Shown here in pieces: positions 47,833 through 60,141 of a DNA stretch of 64,000 bases. Position numbers and translations under genes: made by a program. The DNA lies in the NCBI GenBank assembly GCA_963796275.1, contig CAWCKY010000003.1, positions 1,536,001 to 1,600,000 of the forward strand. Direction: 5' to 3'. The first letter of the stretch is position 1. Every line of letters starts with the position of its first letter. Under the pieces are notes generated by a model. That model saw only the letters and a list, made by a program, of their open reading frames with translations, was not told the origin of the DNA and did no database searches. This DNA comes from an uncultured Acidobacteriota bacterium (GTDB lineage: Bacteria > Acidobacteriota > Blastocatellia > RBC074).

Positions 47833-48300
47833 GTGACTGTCTTGGCTTTAGCAGGGAACGTTCTGGCCCTCGATGGATCGTTTTTATTCATCTTTATTTC
47901 CATTTTCATTTTGATCTTCATTCTTAATCGCACCTTGTTCAAACCGATCAATCAGGTGTTGGACGAACGCGAGCGGTTGGGAGTAGGCAGGCTTGACGAA
48001 GCGAAGCGGATGCTAGGCCAGTATGAAGAGCGAGTGAGCCGTTATGAGGAGCAGTTACGAGCGGCACGCTCCGAAGCATACCAGCAGCAGGAGGCGCAGA
48101 GACGCGAGGCGCTCTCCGCGAGGCAGGATAAAATTACACAGGTGAAGGCCGAAGCCGTCCGGCAGGTCGCGACCGCAAAAGATGAGATCTCGGGGCAAAC
48201 TGATAAGGCGAGGGAGAGCCTCGAGAAGGAAGCGCTCTTGATGGCTGCCACTATCTCGTCTCAGATTTTGCATCGACAAGTCAGCTCCGGAGGAGATTGA
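47833..48300 (+). CDS. ATP synthase F0 subunit b'
   Basis: TM helix, [17 protein letters not shown], coiled coil; first gene of the atp cluster. Confidence 0.9.
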   Translation: MTVLALAGNVLALDGSFLFIFISIFILIFILNRTLFKPINQVLDERERLGVGRLDEAKRMLGQYEERVSRYEEQLRAARSEAYQQQEAQRREALSARQDKITQVKAEAVRQVATAKDEISGQTDKARESLEKEALLMAATISSQILHRQVSSGGD

Positions 48301-48306
48301 GCCAGC

Positions 48307-48831
48307 ATGCCAGGGACCGATCACATACATCTATTGTTGGCAGGCGGATTCTGGACTTCCCCGATGGGATTTCCGAAACTGGTCAACCTGCTCATCTTCC
48401 TAGGTATTTTGTACTATTATCTGCGCCGGCCGATAAATGAGTATTTCTCTCAACGTTTGGCGAGCGTTCGGCACATGTTGGAACGCGCGGCCAAGGAGAA
48501 AGAGGCCGCGACGATGAAGATGGCAGAGCTCGACGCGCGGCTCAATCGTCTGGACGCCGAGTTGGCGGGGATCAGAGAGCAATCGAAAGTTGAAGTTGTG
48601 GCGGAGCGCGATCGGATGAAGGCTGAAACCGAGCGCGATATCGAAAAACTTCGCATCTCTACGAATCGCGAGATCGAATCCGCCAAACAGGTGGCGATGG
48701 CCGTCCTGCGTGAGTACGCGGCAACCAAGTCGGTAGAGCTGGCGGAACAGCTCATACGGCGTGAATTGACGCCCGAGGACGATGCGCGGCTGCTGCGTCG
48801 CGTCAGCGAAGAAATGGACACGGTGAAATGA
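48307..48831 (+). CDS. atpF: ATP synthase F0 subunit b
   Basis: KLVNLLIFLGILYYYLRRPI, coiled coil. Confidence 0.9.
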   Translation: MPGTDHIHLLLAGGFWTSPMGFPKLVNLLIFLGILYYYLRRPINEYFSQRLASVRHMLERAAKEKEAATMKMAELDARLNRLDAELAGIREQSKVEVVAERDRMKAETERDIEKLRISTNREIESAKQVAMAVLREYAATKSVELAEQLIRRELTPEDDARLLRRVSEEMDTVK

Positions 48832-48939
48832 ACTGGTGATTGGAACGGTTGCAGGAGAGACTGGACGCTGCGCCCCTGCGCCGGCCACCCACTCGCTTCC
48901 CTCCGTGGTTGAAAATCGAAGAATCAAACTTTTGAAGTT

Positions 48940-49485
<546 letters not shown>

Positions 49486-49533
49486 TCGGTTTGTAAAACA
49501 ACCGACAACCGACAACTGACAACCGGAGTCATT

Positions 49534-51078
49534 ATGGCGAACGAAATCAAAGCAGATGAGATAAGTAAAATTATTCGACAACAGATCGAGAACTTCGACG
49601 AGAGTGTGACCGTGTCCGAGGTCGGCACGGTTATCAAAGTGGGCGATGGCATTGCCGAAATTTACGGTCTCGAAAAAGTGATGGCCGGCGAGTTGCTCGA
49701 TTTTGAGAAGGGCGCTTCCGGACTGGCGCTCAACCTCGAGGAAGACAAGGTTGGTGCCGTCTTGTTGGGCGATTTTGAGACGATCAAAGAGGGCGATATC
49801 GTTCGTCGCACCAAGCGCATCATCGAGGTGCCGGCGGGTGAGGCGATGCTCGGGCGCGTAGTCAACGCGCTGGGTCATGCCTCGGATGGTAAAGGGCAGA
49901 TCATCACCAAGGATTTTATGGCGATCGAGCGGATCGCCCCGGGCATCGTCGATCGCCAGCCGGTGAAAGAGCCGATGCAGACGGGTCTCAAGGCAATCGA
50001 CACGATGGTCCCGATCGGACGAGGCCAGCGCGAGCTGATTATCGGAGACCGCCAGACCGGCAAGACTGCTGTCGCGCTCGATACGATCATCAACCAGAGA
50101 GGCGGCGACGTCGTTTGCGTTTACGTAGCTATCGGCCAGAAGTCCTCGACCGTTGCCCAGGTGCAGGCGACGCTCGAAAAGTATGACGCGATGAGCTACA
50201 CGATCATCGTCGCAGCGTCGGCATCCGAACCGGCCGCAATGCAATACCTCGCGCCGTACGCCGGTTGTGCGATCGGGGAATACTTCATGAACCGCGGCCA
50301 AGCCGTGCTTTGCATCTATGACGATCTGTCGAAACACGCCGCCGCCTATCGCGAGATCAGCCTCCTGCTCAGGCGCCCGCCGGGGCGCGAGGCCTATCCG
50401 GGCGACGTCTTCTACCTTCACTCGCGTCTGCTCGAGCGCGCGGCGAAATATAGCGATGAGCGGGGAGGGGGATCGCTGACGGCGCTTCCCGTGATTGAGA
50501 CGCAGGCAGGTGATATCTCGGCTTACATCCCGACGAACGTCATCTCGATAACCGACGGACAGATCTTTCTCGAGTCCGACCTATTCAATTCGGGCATCCG
50601 TCCGGCGATCAACGTCGGCAACTCGGTGAGCCGCGTAGGTGGCAACGCGCAGATCAAAGCGATGAAACAGGTGACCGGTACGCTCAGGCTCGAACTTGCG
50701 CAGTTCCGCGAGCTGGCGGCATTCGCGCAGTTCGGTTCCGACCTCGACGCTGTAACCCAGAAACAGCTTGCGCGCGGGCAGCGATTGACGGAGATCCTCA
50801 AACAGGATCAATACCAGCCGATGAACATCGAGCGTCAGATCGTAGTCATCTGGGCAGCTTCGAATGGTTACGTAGACGATTTGCCGGTCGAAAGTGTCCG
50901 CCATTTCGAGGCCGAATTGCTGAAGTATATCGATAATGCCGGTGGACCGCTGCTCGCCGCAATTCGTGATAAGCGACAGCTCACTGATGATGTGAAACAA
51001 CTACTCCGCTCCACGCTGGATGAGTTCAAGAAACGGTTCCGAGCTCAAGTGAAAGGTGCGGGGAGCATGAATAATTGA
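49534..51078 (+). CDS. atpA: ATP synthase F1 subunit alpha
   Basis: [45 protein letters not shown]. Confidence 0.99.
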   Translation: MANEIKADEISKIIRQQIENFDESVTVSEVGTVIKVGDGIAEIYGLEKVMAGELLDFEKGASGLALNLEEDKVGAVLLGDFETIKEGDIVRRTKRIIEVPAGEAMLGRVVNALGHASDGKGQIITKDFMAIERIAPGIVDRQPVKEPMQTGLKAIDTMVPIGRGQRELIIGDRQTGKTAVALDTIINQRGGDVVCVYVAIGQKSSTVAQVQATLEKYDAMSYTIIVAASASEPAAMQYLAPYAGCAIGEYFMNRGQAVLCIYDDLSKHAAAYREISLLLRRPPGREAYPGDVFYLHSRLLERAAKYSDERGGGSLTALPVIETQAGDISAYIPTNVISITDGQIFLESDLFNSGIRPAINVGNSVSRVGGNAQIKAMKQVTGTLRLELAQFRELAAFAQFGSDLDAVTQKQLARGQRLTEILKQDQYQPMNIERQIVVIWAASNGYVDDLPVESVRHFEAELLKYIDNAGGPLLAAIRDKRQLTDDVKQLLRSTLDEFKKRFRAQVKGAGSMNN

Positions 51079-51152
51079 TGTTGATAATTGATAATTCGTA
51101 TAAATCGTTGCCATAGCGCATACGAACTATCAATTATCAATTCTCAATTCTC
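51075..51152. repeat. Heptamer-repeat hairpin between atpA and atpG
   Basis: (TTGATAA)n arm followed by (TTATCAA)n arm. Confidence 0.75.
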
Positions 51153-51157
51153 TTCTT

Positions 51158-52039
51158 ATGCCAAACTTACAGGATTTACGGCGGCGCGTGCGGGCCGTGA
51201 AAAACATGAGGCAGATCACCAAGGCCATGAAGATGGTTTCGGCTGCCAGGTTGCGGCGCGCGCAGGAACGCGTGGTTGCCGCCCGTCCATACACATCCAA
51301 GATGATGCAGATTCTCGGCGATGCGGCCCGCCGCGCGCCGGATTACAAGAATCCATTGATGACGGGGCATGAGCGCGAAACGCAACAGGAACGCATTATC
51401 CTCGCGCTCGTTACAGCCGATAAGGGGTTGTGCGGCGCGTTCAACACGAATCTCATGAAGGCTGCTCAGGAGTTCCAAAAGAAGAATGCCGATAAGCAGA
51501 TCGAACTCGTATTGATCGGACGTAAAGGCTACGATTACTACCGCCGCCGACCAGTGAAGATCCGGCGCGAACATTTGAATATAACGGGCACGGGCCGGGT
51601 CAATGCCTCCGATGCAACCAAGATAGCAGAGCAATTGATTGCGGATTTCCAATCCGAAGAAAATCCGATAGATCGCATTTTTATACTCTACAATGAATTC
51701 AAATCCGCTCTCTCCCAACGGCCCGTCGTCGAACAGCTTCTCCCCACTGGAAGCGTGACGGAAACGGACCAGGGCGAGTCATTGGTAGATTACGTCTACG
51801 AGCAGCCGGCGGACGCGATCTTCGGCGAACTACTGCCCAAACTGGTGGCCAATCAAATTTATCACGCGTTGCTAGAATCAGTGGCATCAGAACTCGGCGC
51901 TCGCATGACGGCAATGGATTCCGCTTCGAAGAATGCGGACGATGTCATTGAACGGCTGACACTTAATATGAACCGCGTACGGCAGGCCGCGATTACACGG
52001 GAAATCATCGAGGTCGTCAGCGGCGCTCAGGCTCTCTAA
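51158..52039 (+). CDS. atpG: ATP synthase F1 subunit gamma
   Basis: QITKAMKMVSAA, ADKGLCGAFN, SELGARMTAMDSA, NRVRQAAITREIIEVVSGA. Confidence 0.99.
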   Translation: MPNLQDLRRRVRAVKNMRQITKAMKMVSAARLRRAQERVVAARPYTSKMMQILGDAARRAPDYKNPLMTGHERETQQERIILALVTADKGLCGAFNTNLMKAAQEFQKKNADKQIELVLIGRKGYDYYRRRPVKIRREHLNITGTGRVNASDATKIAEQLIADFQSEENPIDRIFILYNEFKSALSQRPVVEQLLPTGSVTETDQGESLVDYVYEQPADAIFGELLPKLVANQIYHALLESVASELGARMTAMDSASKNADDVIERLTLNMNRVRQAAITREIIEVVSGAQAL

Positions 52040-52042
52040 TCA

Positions 52043-52462
52043 TTGCTTTACTGGTTACCGCCCATACTCTGGATGTCAGCCATCTACTTCTTCTCGACCG
52101 ATAATTTTTCGGGCGAGGATACCGGGACGGTGTTCAGAACAATCCTCTATTCGATCTTCCCGTCTCTGACCGAAGGACAGTTTCAATCGTTTCACTTTAT
52201 CATTCGCAAGACCGCACACTTCACCGAATATGGCATTCTCGCTCTGCTCCTCTTTAACGCCTTTAGATCAGGCTCTGCCACAAAATGGAAGCGGTCCTGG
52301 GCAGTCTATTCTTTTTTGATTCTCGTGATCTATGCGCTCTCAGATGAATATCATCAGACATTCACAGAGACGCGAATGGGATCGATCTACGATAGCTTGA
52401 CGGACATCGCCGGTGGTTTCACCGCGCTCTTTTTGCTCTGGTTGTTGAGACGGAAGAATTAG
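52043..52462 (+). CDS. VanZ family membrane protein
   Basis: WMSAIYFFS, IRKTAHFTEYGILA, YALSDEYHQTF...R.GSIYD; TTG start uncertain. Confidence 0.88.
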   Translation: MLYWLPPILWMSAIYFFSTDNFSGEDTGTVFRTILYSIFPSLTEGQFQSFHFIIRKTAHFTEYGILALLLFNAFRSGSATKWKRSWAVYSFLILVIYALSDEYHQTFTETRMGSIYDSLTDIAGGFTALFLLWLLRRKN

Positions 52463-52809
52463 TTAGCTGGATGTTCGATATGGAGGGACTTGACGGGCGA
52501 TGTGACGATGCGCTGACCACCACTGCAAATTTCAATGCGCAACCCGATTCCGAGCCAGCCCATTTTCAGCATACAACCGCCAAAAGTCGAACCGCTCACC
52601 GTCGCTTCGACCGGTTCAGCGAAATAATGGCCGCCCTGAATGAGGACTTTCCCGTTTTCAGGATCTAGAAGAAAGATGTAGTAATCGTTGTTAAGTGTAC
52701 TTGCGCAAACCGTATCGAAAGGAGTCAATGTTCGTAAAGCTACGCCCTCTAGTGAGGAACTTAGTTCAGTGAAGCCGTCTAATGAGCAGTAGCGCGGAAT
52801 ATTGTGCAA
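52459..52809 (-). CDS. Hypothetical protein
   Basis: TTG start after strong AGGAGGAG RBS; compact beta-rich sequence (VLIQGGHYF...GSTFGGCMLKMGW...IVTSPV). Confidence 0.75.
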   Translation of the reverse strand: MHNIPRYCSLDGFTELSSSLEGVALRTLTPFDTVCASTLNNDYYIFLLDPENGKVLIQGGHYFAEPVEATVSGSTFGGCMLKMGWLGIGLRIEICSGGQRIVTSPVKSLHIEHPAN

Positions 52810-53088
52810 GCGCTCCTCCTATTTGGTTAAAAAGTTACCGCCCATTTGCTAAAGCATTACATTCAGAGGAAAGCGGCAATCGACAAATTCACCTTAAATG
52901 GTGACTCCTTTTGTACCCTAGAGGCGTCATACGGTCAAGCGGCAACGCTAATTTGAGAGTTTACGATTCACAAGACAGAACAAAAATCAATTTTGATTGC
53001 ATGTTTTGGGGGAGGCTGCCACTGACTTCTCCTCTAATTTTGTTAAAATGCGGATGGCAAATTCTTATTTGGGGGACAAACGTGAGCT

Positions 53089-53961
<873 letters not shown>

Positions 53962-54159
53962 TCGGAAACACTGGAAATTGTGCAAAATAAAAATCAATTG
54001 AAATAAAAAGTATCTGAGCGGTCCCGTAGGTATCTAATTGACAACGTTCATGATCAAGCTCCCGGGGGTCCTGATACCTCGATCCCAATGATTCTTAATT
54101 TCGCACATTCCTCACTTAACTGATCCGCTAATATGTGATACAAACAGCAGTTGAAAATG

Positions 54160-54237
<78 letters not shown>

Positions 54238-54240
54238 CCT

Positions 54241-56340
54241 TCACCTCGATGCCATCTCCGCCAGTGACCGCGTATCCTGAAACAGTCTGGTGAATTTCTG
54301 ATTCAAGTCGGTAGACATTTTCACACGTTTCCATGCCTGTTCCACTTGTGCGGCATCCTTCAGAAGTTTGGCGGCGCCGTTTCGGTTCGCCGATGCCCCG
54401 GTGGAATCATCTATCGCCTTCGCCGAGCCGAGCATGGCAGTCAGACCATTGAGTATCTGCTGTTCGTCTGCTGTAGGCTTGCGCTCGCCAAGCAGGTCTG
54501 ATGTTCCATCCGGGTTGATCCAGACCCCGATTGTCGCGCCGAAGTCATACTGGCACTGTGTTATCTCACCGATCACCTCCGCAGCCAGCTCTGAGGAATT
54601 ATTCGCTGGCGAATTGCTCGCTGGCGAATTGCTCGCTGGCGAATTGCTCGCTGGCGAAGTCGATGGTTTGCTCGAAGCAGCTGGAGGCGCGGGCGCGGGC
54701 TGTGATCCGTTCAGGTCATTATCGATCAGCGTCTGAGTGTTCTGGAGCACTGTGCCGAATCGCTTATTCATATCCGATCTCATCCTGACCCGCATCCGAA
54801 CCTGCTCGACCAATTTAACATCTTCTTCTACCAGTAAGGCGCTATTGCGTCTGGTGGCGGGATTCGCGGCATTCCTGATATATGCCTGTACGGAATTGAG
54901 CTGAGAACCCAGCGCATCCAGGAGTTGTTTTTCATCGGATGTCGGCTTATGTCCTCCGGTCGCTTCATATGAGCCGTCCTCGTTTATCCGCAAACCGATA
55001 CTGGATCCGAACTCGGTCCGTAGTTCCTCGATATCGCTTTCGACGCGTGCACTCGATACGGCAGCAGCCGAACCGTTTTTGGAGCTCGACGATACAGACG
55101 AGGAAGTGCGATCGGGTGCAGCCGGTCGCTTGGCCGTCGCCGCGGAGCGGGAGTTCGGATATGGGCGCACTTTGTTCTCTCTCGCGCCGTTTTTTGCGCG
55201 AACGATGACTTTCTTGATGAGGCCATCATTATCCGGGATGCTGATAGTAGGGGCAGTCGGATGCGATACCCGCCCCGCCTTGGCCGATGGCGGCGGCACA
55301 CCGCGCAGATCGACCTCAACCTGATCCCCCGATACCGTATGATCGGCGAAAATACGCCAGCCGGCGCCGGGCGTTTTGGCTGTGACCAGAATCATCAGCA
55401 TGCCATCAGGAGTCCGTTCGGAGCGCACATCGTTTACCTCGATAGCCACCTCATTCGCGTCCTTTTCACGCAATGGTTCTTCCCGCGATGGCGGATCGAC
55501 TTTTGGCTGGTTGCGCGTTACAGAAGGACGGAGAATAGTACGTGTCGGCGGAGGATCGGGCGATTCGCTCACGCGAAGCGGTTGGATCAGTTCCAATGCG
55601 AAGAGATGGCCGGGTTCGATGACCACATCGCTGCCTTTCATTAGAAGGGCAATCGTCAATCCCGCCACTGCGCCGATTCCCGCTCCTGCCAGCGCGCCAC
55701 CCGCCGCCGCTCCGATGGCGATTCCTGCTCCGGCACTGGCTCCCGCTATCTTGAGCGCGCCTTTTTTCGTAGAGGGAGTTTTAACATTTCCCTCGTCGTC
55801 GAATCGGTTTTGATCGTTTTCCTCGGCATTCGTAGGTCTACCGCGGATCGGTATGAGCCTGTCGTTTTCCAGCCTCATGTTTTCGAAAGTCAACTGGATC
55901 ACGCCCGAGCGTCGTCGCCGTTTAGCCGGCTGCGCATCGACGATACTTCCCTCGATTATCGTGCCAGCGGGGACGAGCGTGCGGCCTTCTTCGTCGACGA
56001 CTGGAGTCGAGGTGCGTGTCCTGAAACGGTCGCCTATGCGCGATTCCTTGGACGACAACCGGCTCTCCAACTCAACGATCAATTTCGTCCCTTCGGGGAT
56101 CGAATTGGCGCCCGCCGGAACGATCACGGATGCAGTTAAATCGATGACGGGCGCGCGCGTCAGGCGCTGGCTCGCTTCCGCATTTGTCTTTTCAGGCGCC
56201 GCACCTTCCGCTCCGGTTTCCTGACTGGGCGGGCGTGAGAGGCGCTGGGCAGCGATTTGACTCGATGGCGATAACGCTGCGCCGATGATCAAGGTCTGGC
56301 TAAGCGCGATCAAGTGGAAAAGCTTCAGGCATCGTTTCAT
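54241..56340 (-). CDS. Secreted multidomain protein with VirB10/TrbI-like N-terminal domain and two internal ~107-aa repeats
   Basis: Signal peptide; IPEGTKLIVELESRLSSK...VPAGTIIEGSI...glycine zipper...KGSDVVIEPG; low-complexity linkers. Confidence 0.75.
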   Translation of the reverse strand: MKRCLKLFHLIALSQTLIIGAALSPSSQIAAQRLSRPPSQETGAEGAAPEKTNAEASQRLTRAPVIDLTASVIVPAGANSIPEGTKLIVELESRLSSKESRIGDRFRTRTSTPVVDEEGRTLVPAGTIIEGSIVDAQPAKRRRRSGVIQLTFENMRLENDRLIPIRGRPTNAEENDQNRFDDEGNVKTPSTKKGALKIAGASAGAGIAIGAAAGGALAGAGIGAVAGLTIALLMKGSDVVIEPGHLFALELIQPLRVSESPDPPPTRTILRPSVTRNQPKVDPPSREEPLREKDANEVAIEVNDVRSERTPDGMLMILVTAKTPGAGWRIFADHTVSGDQVEVDLRGVPPPSAKAGRVSHPTAPTISIPDNDGLIKKVIVRAKNGARENKVRPYPNSRSAATAKRPAAPDRTSSSVSSSSKNGSAAAVSSARVESDIEELRTEFGSSIGLRINEDGSYEATGGHKPTSDEKQLLDALGSQLNSVQAYIRNAANPATRRNSALLVEEDVKLVEQVRMRVRMRSDMNKRFGTVLQNTQTLIDNDLNGSQPAPAPPAASSKPSTSPASNSPASNSPASNSPANNSSELAAEVIGEITQCQYDFGATIGVWINPDGTSDLLGERKPTADEQQILNGLTAMLGSAKAIDDSTGASANRNGAAKLLKDAAQVEQAWKRVKMSTDLNQKFTRLFQDTRSLAEMASR
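54603..54658. repeat. 15-bp tandem repeat (~4 copies) encoding (SPASN)n
   Basis: Repeated unit TCGCTGGCGAATTGC. Confidence 0.9.
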
Positions 56341-56659
56341 GAATGCTCCTCGGATATATCAACCGCGATGAACGAAGAAAAATAAATTGAATCGCCATCT
56401 TCTTCATTCCATCGTGGCTTATATCTCATTATTTCTATACGTCGTTTGCGTACCACGCGGGCTATAGTTCTACGCCATAGTGAACGCAGCCGCAACCGCA
56501 ACCGTAAAATCCTGCAAATATTGTCTAAAACCGACGAGAGGCGCACGGAGTACATTGTAATTTATCATCCCGCCTTCAGGCAAAGTACATCCTGCGCACC
56601 TCGCGGAACCGTCTTCGCCGGTGTTATTATGAATATATGTTTGGCAGGGCCCCGGATCC

Positions 56660-57670
56660 TTGAACAAGAAAAATATGAAGTCTGTGATATCAGAAGAGGT
56701 TTTCTCTGAATCGCAAATAAAGTCAGGCAGAGAGGATCAGATCAAGTATTTTTTAGGCGTTGACGGTGGCGGCACCAATTGCCGGGCCGTGGTTGTCGAT
56801 GAGTTGTGCACCGTGCGTGGTGAAGGGCGGGCCGAGGCTGCAAATTTCCATCGCGTCGGATTGGAAACGGCGATCAGACACATCGTAATTGCAGTCGGTT
56901 CGGCCTGCAATCGAGCGGGCATCGAGCCGGAGCAGATAACCGCGGCATGCATAGGCCTGGCCGGAGTTTCGCATCCCAATCATCATCGCCGCATGATATC
57001 TGCGCTCAAACAGGCATTACCGATAACCGATGTATTACTGGAGACGGATGCCCGGGTAGCGCTGGCCGGCGCGACCGGAAATCAACCGGGAATCGTGATT
57101 ATCGCGGGAACGGGTTCGATCGCCTGCGGTATAAACGCGCGAGGCCGATTCGCCAGGGCCGGAGGCTGGGGACCAACCATCGGCGATGAAGGCAGCGGAT
57201 CTTATATCGGCCGGCGCGCTCTCGAAGCTATCGTCATGGCTTACGATTATCGCGGGGAACCGACGATGATGATGGAGCCGGTGCTCCGCTACTTCGGAGT
57301 CTCGTCGCCCCCCGAACTGCCTCCAGTGATCTATGATTCGCCCACGGATGTGCAATCCAGGATCGCACAGCTCTCAAAAATCGTCGTCAAAGCCGCGCAG
57401 GAAGGTGACAAAATCGCGCGCGCGATCATTAGGGATGCGGCGGTAGAGCTGGCGAAAGCCGCGATCGCTGTCATCGAGCAACTGAAAATGGAGAAAGATG
57501 CTTTCAGCGTTGCCTACGTGGGAGGAGTCTTCGAATCAGGCGAACTCATTCTATCTACCTTGCGCGAAGAGATTCAGAAAATTGCCCCGCATGCCGAAAT
57601 TGCGCCTCCTATCGATCCGCCTGTGATCGGCGCAGTGAAGCTGGTGATGGGGGGCAAAATTGATAATTGA
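56660..57670 (+). CDS. BadF/BadG/BcrA/BcrD-type N-acetylhexosamine (GlcNAc/MurNAc) kinase
   Basis: LGVDGGGT, IGLAG, IAGTGSI, RAGGWG..IGDEGSG; adjacent to murQ; start uncertain. Confidence 0.88.
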   Translation: MNKKNMKSVISEEVFSESQIKSGREDQIKYFLGVDGGGTNCRAVVVDELCTVRGEGRAEAANFHRVGLETAIRHIVIAVGSACNRAGIEPEQITAACIGLAGVSHPNHHRRMISALKQALPITDVLLETDARVALAGATGNQPGIVIIAGTGSIACGINARGRFARAGGWGPTIGDEGSGSYIGRRALEAIVMAYDYRGEPTMMMEPVLRYFGVSSPPELPPVIYDSPTDVQSRIAQLSKIVVKAAQEGDKIARAIIRDAAVELAKAAIAVIEQLKMEKDAFSVAYVGGVFESGELILSTLREEIQKIAPHAEIAPPIDPPVIGAVKLVMGGKIDN

Positions 57671-57748
57671 TTATTGATAATTGATAATTGATAGCGACAT
57701 GATGATCGATTGCCCGCCGATCATTATCAACTATCAACCATCAATTAT
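57658..57748. repeat. Heptamer-repeat hairpin between the kinase and murQ
   Basis: (AATTGAT)n arm followed by (ATCAAYY)n arm; same unit as 51075-51152. Confidence 0.75.
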
Positions 57749-57750
57749 TT

Positions 57751-58638
57751 ATGACTATAACTGAACAAAATAATCCTCAGACAGCCGGAATCGATCGCCT
57801 GGCCACGCTCGAGGCATTACGCATCATTAACAACGAAGACAAGAAGGTTGCTGAAGCGGTGGAAAGTGTGCTCCCCGCGGTTGCCCGGGCAGTCGATGGA
57901 ATCGTTGATAAGCTCGAACGCGGCGGCCATCTTTACTATGTGGGCACAGGAACGAGCGCCCGGCTCGGAGTTCTGGATGCGGCGGAATGCCCGCCTACTT
58001 TCGGGGTTACGCCCGATCTGGTGCAAGGCATCATCGCGGGAGGTTACGAAGCGTGCTACCGGGCCGTCGAGGCCTCAGAGGACGATCGCGAAGCCGGGGC
58101 GAGGGACTTGCAAATGCGCGGCGTCAATGCCGGAGACGCCGTGGTCGGGATCGCCGCCAGCGGGCGCACCCCATACACTATCGGAGCTCTCACATATGCG
58201 CGTAGCATCGGCGCCCTCACCATCTGCATCACTTGCAACAAGGAGACCGAACTTGCGCGGACTGTCGAAATACCGATCGAGCCGGTAGTCGGTCCCGAGG
58301 TAATCGCCGGATCGACGCGGTTGAAGGCGGGCACGGCGCAGAAGCTTGTTCTCAATATGCTTTCGACGATGAGTATGGTGCGGCTCGGGTACGTGACTGG
58401 CAATCGGATGACCAATCTAAAGACGCGCAATGAAAAGTTGCGCAACCGAGCGCTCGGCATTGTCATGGCTGAATGTAATCTCGATGAGATTGCAGCCCGA
58501 ACCGCCCTTGAGGGCGTAAATTGGGATTTGCGAGTGGTGATTGTGATGCAGAAGGCAAAGGTCAGCCGGGATAAGGCGGAGGAGGCTTTGCGGCAAACCA
58601 ATTTTATTATCGCGAAAGCCATCGATTTGATCGGCTGA
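57751..58638 (+). CDS. murQ: N-acetylmuramic acid 6-phosphate etherase
   Basis: TEQNNP, GTSARLGVLDAAECPPTFG, IAASGRTPY, GPEVIAGSTRLKAGTAQKLVLNM. Confidence 0.97.
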   Translation: MTITEQNNPQTAGIDRLATLEALRIINNEDKKVAEAVESVLPAVARAVDGIVDKLERGGHLYYVGTGTSARLGVLDAAECPPTFGVTPDLVQGIIAGGYEACYRAVEASEDDREAGARDLQMRGVNAGDAVVGIAASGRTPYTIGALTYARSIGALTICITCNKETELARTVEIPIEPVVGPEVIAGSTRLKAGTAQKLVLNMLSTMSMVRLGYVTGNRMTNLKTRNEKLRNRALGIVMAECNLDEIAARTALEGVNWDLRVVIVMQKAKVSRDKAEEALRQTNFIIAKAIDLIG

Positions 58639-58676
58639 GCATCGCGTTTCTCCAAATTAGCAGTAATCGACGGTTT

Positions 58677-60089
58677 ATGAATCATCGTAACAATATTTCC
58701 CAGCCCCCCTGGTCGGTTCCCAACTATCTCGATATTCGCAACAATCATCTGCACATCGACGGCGTCGATGCGATCGAACTCGCGCGCGAATTCGACACGC
58801 CGTTATTCGTCATCTCCGCGTCGCGCATCCGCCACAATATCGGGAAACTGCTCGAAGCGAAAAAGCATCATCAGTTGCTCAAGTTATGTTATGCATCGAA
58901 GGCCAACAATACCCTCGGGGTTTTGCGCGTTGTGCGAGCGGCCGGCATCGATGTCGAGGTCAATTCCGGGGGCGAGCTGTTTAGAGCCTTGCGCGCCGGT
59001 TTCAGACCGGATCAGATAGAGATGAACGGCATTTCGAAGACGGAGAGGGAGATCGCCGAAGCGATAGACGCGGGGATTTACACGATCAACCTCGATTCGC
59101 CATTCGAATTGGAACTCGTCGAACGGGTGGCTAGTAGCATGAAAAAGCGCGCAAACATTTCGGTGCGCCTGGTCGCCGGAGTCGGGACGCGCTCGCATGC
59201 CGGGCTACAGACGGCGCTTTACACCTCGAAGTTCGGCGTCTCTCCCGCGCAAGCCCGCGAGATCATGCTGCGGGCGCTCAAACGGCCCGAACTCATCAAC
59301 CTCGCGGGGCTCCATATTCATGTCGGTTCACAGACGCCGGATCCTGAACCCTATGCTGAAAGCTTTCTCGCGATGTGGGAGCATCTGCTCTGGCTCTATC
59401 GAGAGACCGGTCACAAGTTGCAACACATAAACATCGGTGGGGGTATTCCGGTCAACTATCTCCGCGACGGTTCACAATCTGCGGAGATCAGCGAAAGCGA
59501 GCGCACCATGCTCGGCGCGAGCTTAACTTCCGCTGTAATGATGGAGGCCGCGATCGAAACCGTGCGCGTCTCTGCCCGTGAATCGGGCGCCGAGCATTTG
59601 CTTGAGAATCTGGAGATAGTGATGGAACCGGGGCGCTCTGTGATCGCCGATGCCGTGACAATTCTTACATCCGTGCGCAATGTAAAGCATCGTCCGGAAA
59701 CGGGGGAAGACTGGGTGCTGACCGATGCCGGATACAATTTGATGCTCTCGATGGTGATGTATGGTTGGTATTATCACGCGGTGAACGCCTCACGCGCCGG
59801 CGATCCGCACACCGCGCGTTATCGAATGGCTGGACCATTGTGTGATGGCGGCGATGTCTATTTCGATTTGCATGATGAAGGCCGTCTGCCTGACTGCCGT
59901 TTGTTGCCTGAGAGTGTGCGCGTCGGGGAAGTTATCGCGATGCTGAACGCCGGAGCCTACACTATGTCACAGATGACGGCGTACAATGGGCGCCCGTTAC
60001 CCGCAGCAGTGATGGTCGAAGAGGACGGGGAGGTGAGATCGATCAGAAAGCGGGATAATTACGAAGAGCTGTTGTTGAACGAGCTGTGA
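58677..60089 (+). CDS. lysA: Diaminopimelate decarboxylase-like group IV PLP-dependent decarboxylase
   Basis: YASKAN (PLP lysine), SKFG, HIHVGSQ, NIGGG, EPGRS, GPLCDGGD, GAY...YNGRP; substrate not proven. Confidence 0.75.
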   Translation: MNHRNNISQPPWSVPNYLDIRNNHLHIDGVDAIELAREFDTPLFVISASRIRHNIGKLLEAKKHHQLLKLCYASKANNTLGVLRVVRAAGIDVEVNSGGELFRALRAGFRPDQIEMNGISKTEREIAEAIDAGIYTINLDSPFELELVERVASSMKKRANISVRLVAGVGTRSHAGLQTALYTSKFGVSPAQAREIMLRALKRPELINLAGLHIHVGSQTPDPEPYAESFLAMWEHLLWLYRETGHKLQHINIGGGIPVNYLRDGSQSAEISESERTMLGASLTSAVMMEAAIETVRVSARESGAEHLLENLEIVMEPGRSVIADAVTILTSVRNVKHRPETGEDWVLTDAGYNLMLSMVMYGWYYHAVNASRAGDPHTARYRMAGPLCDGGDVYFDLHDEGRLPDCRLLPESVRVGEVIAMLNAGAYTMSQMTAYNGRPLPAAVMVEEDGEVRSIRKRDNYEELLLNEL

Positions 60090-60141
60090 GAAAGATTTAC
60101 CTCAATACCACAAGAATTCCAAACGACAGTGAGGAGGCACC

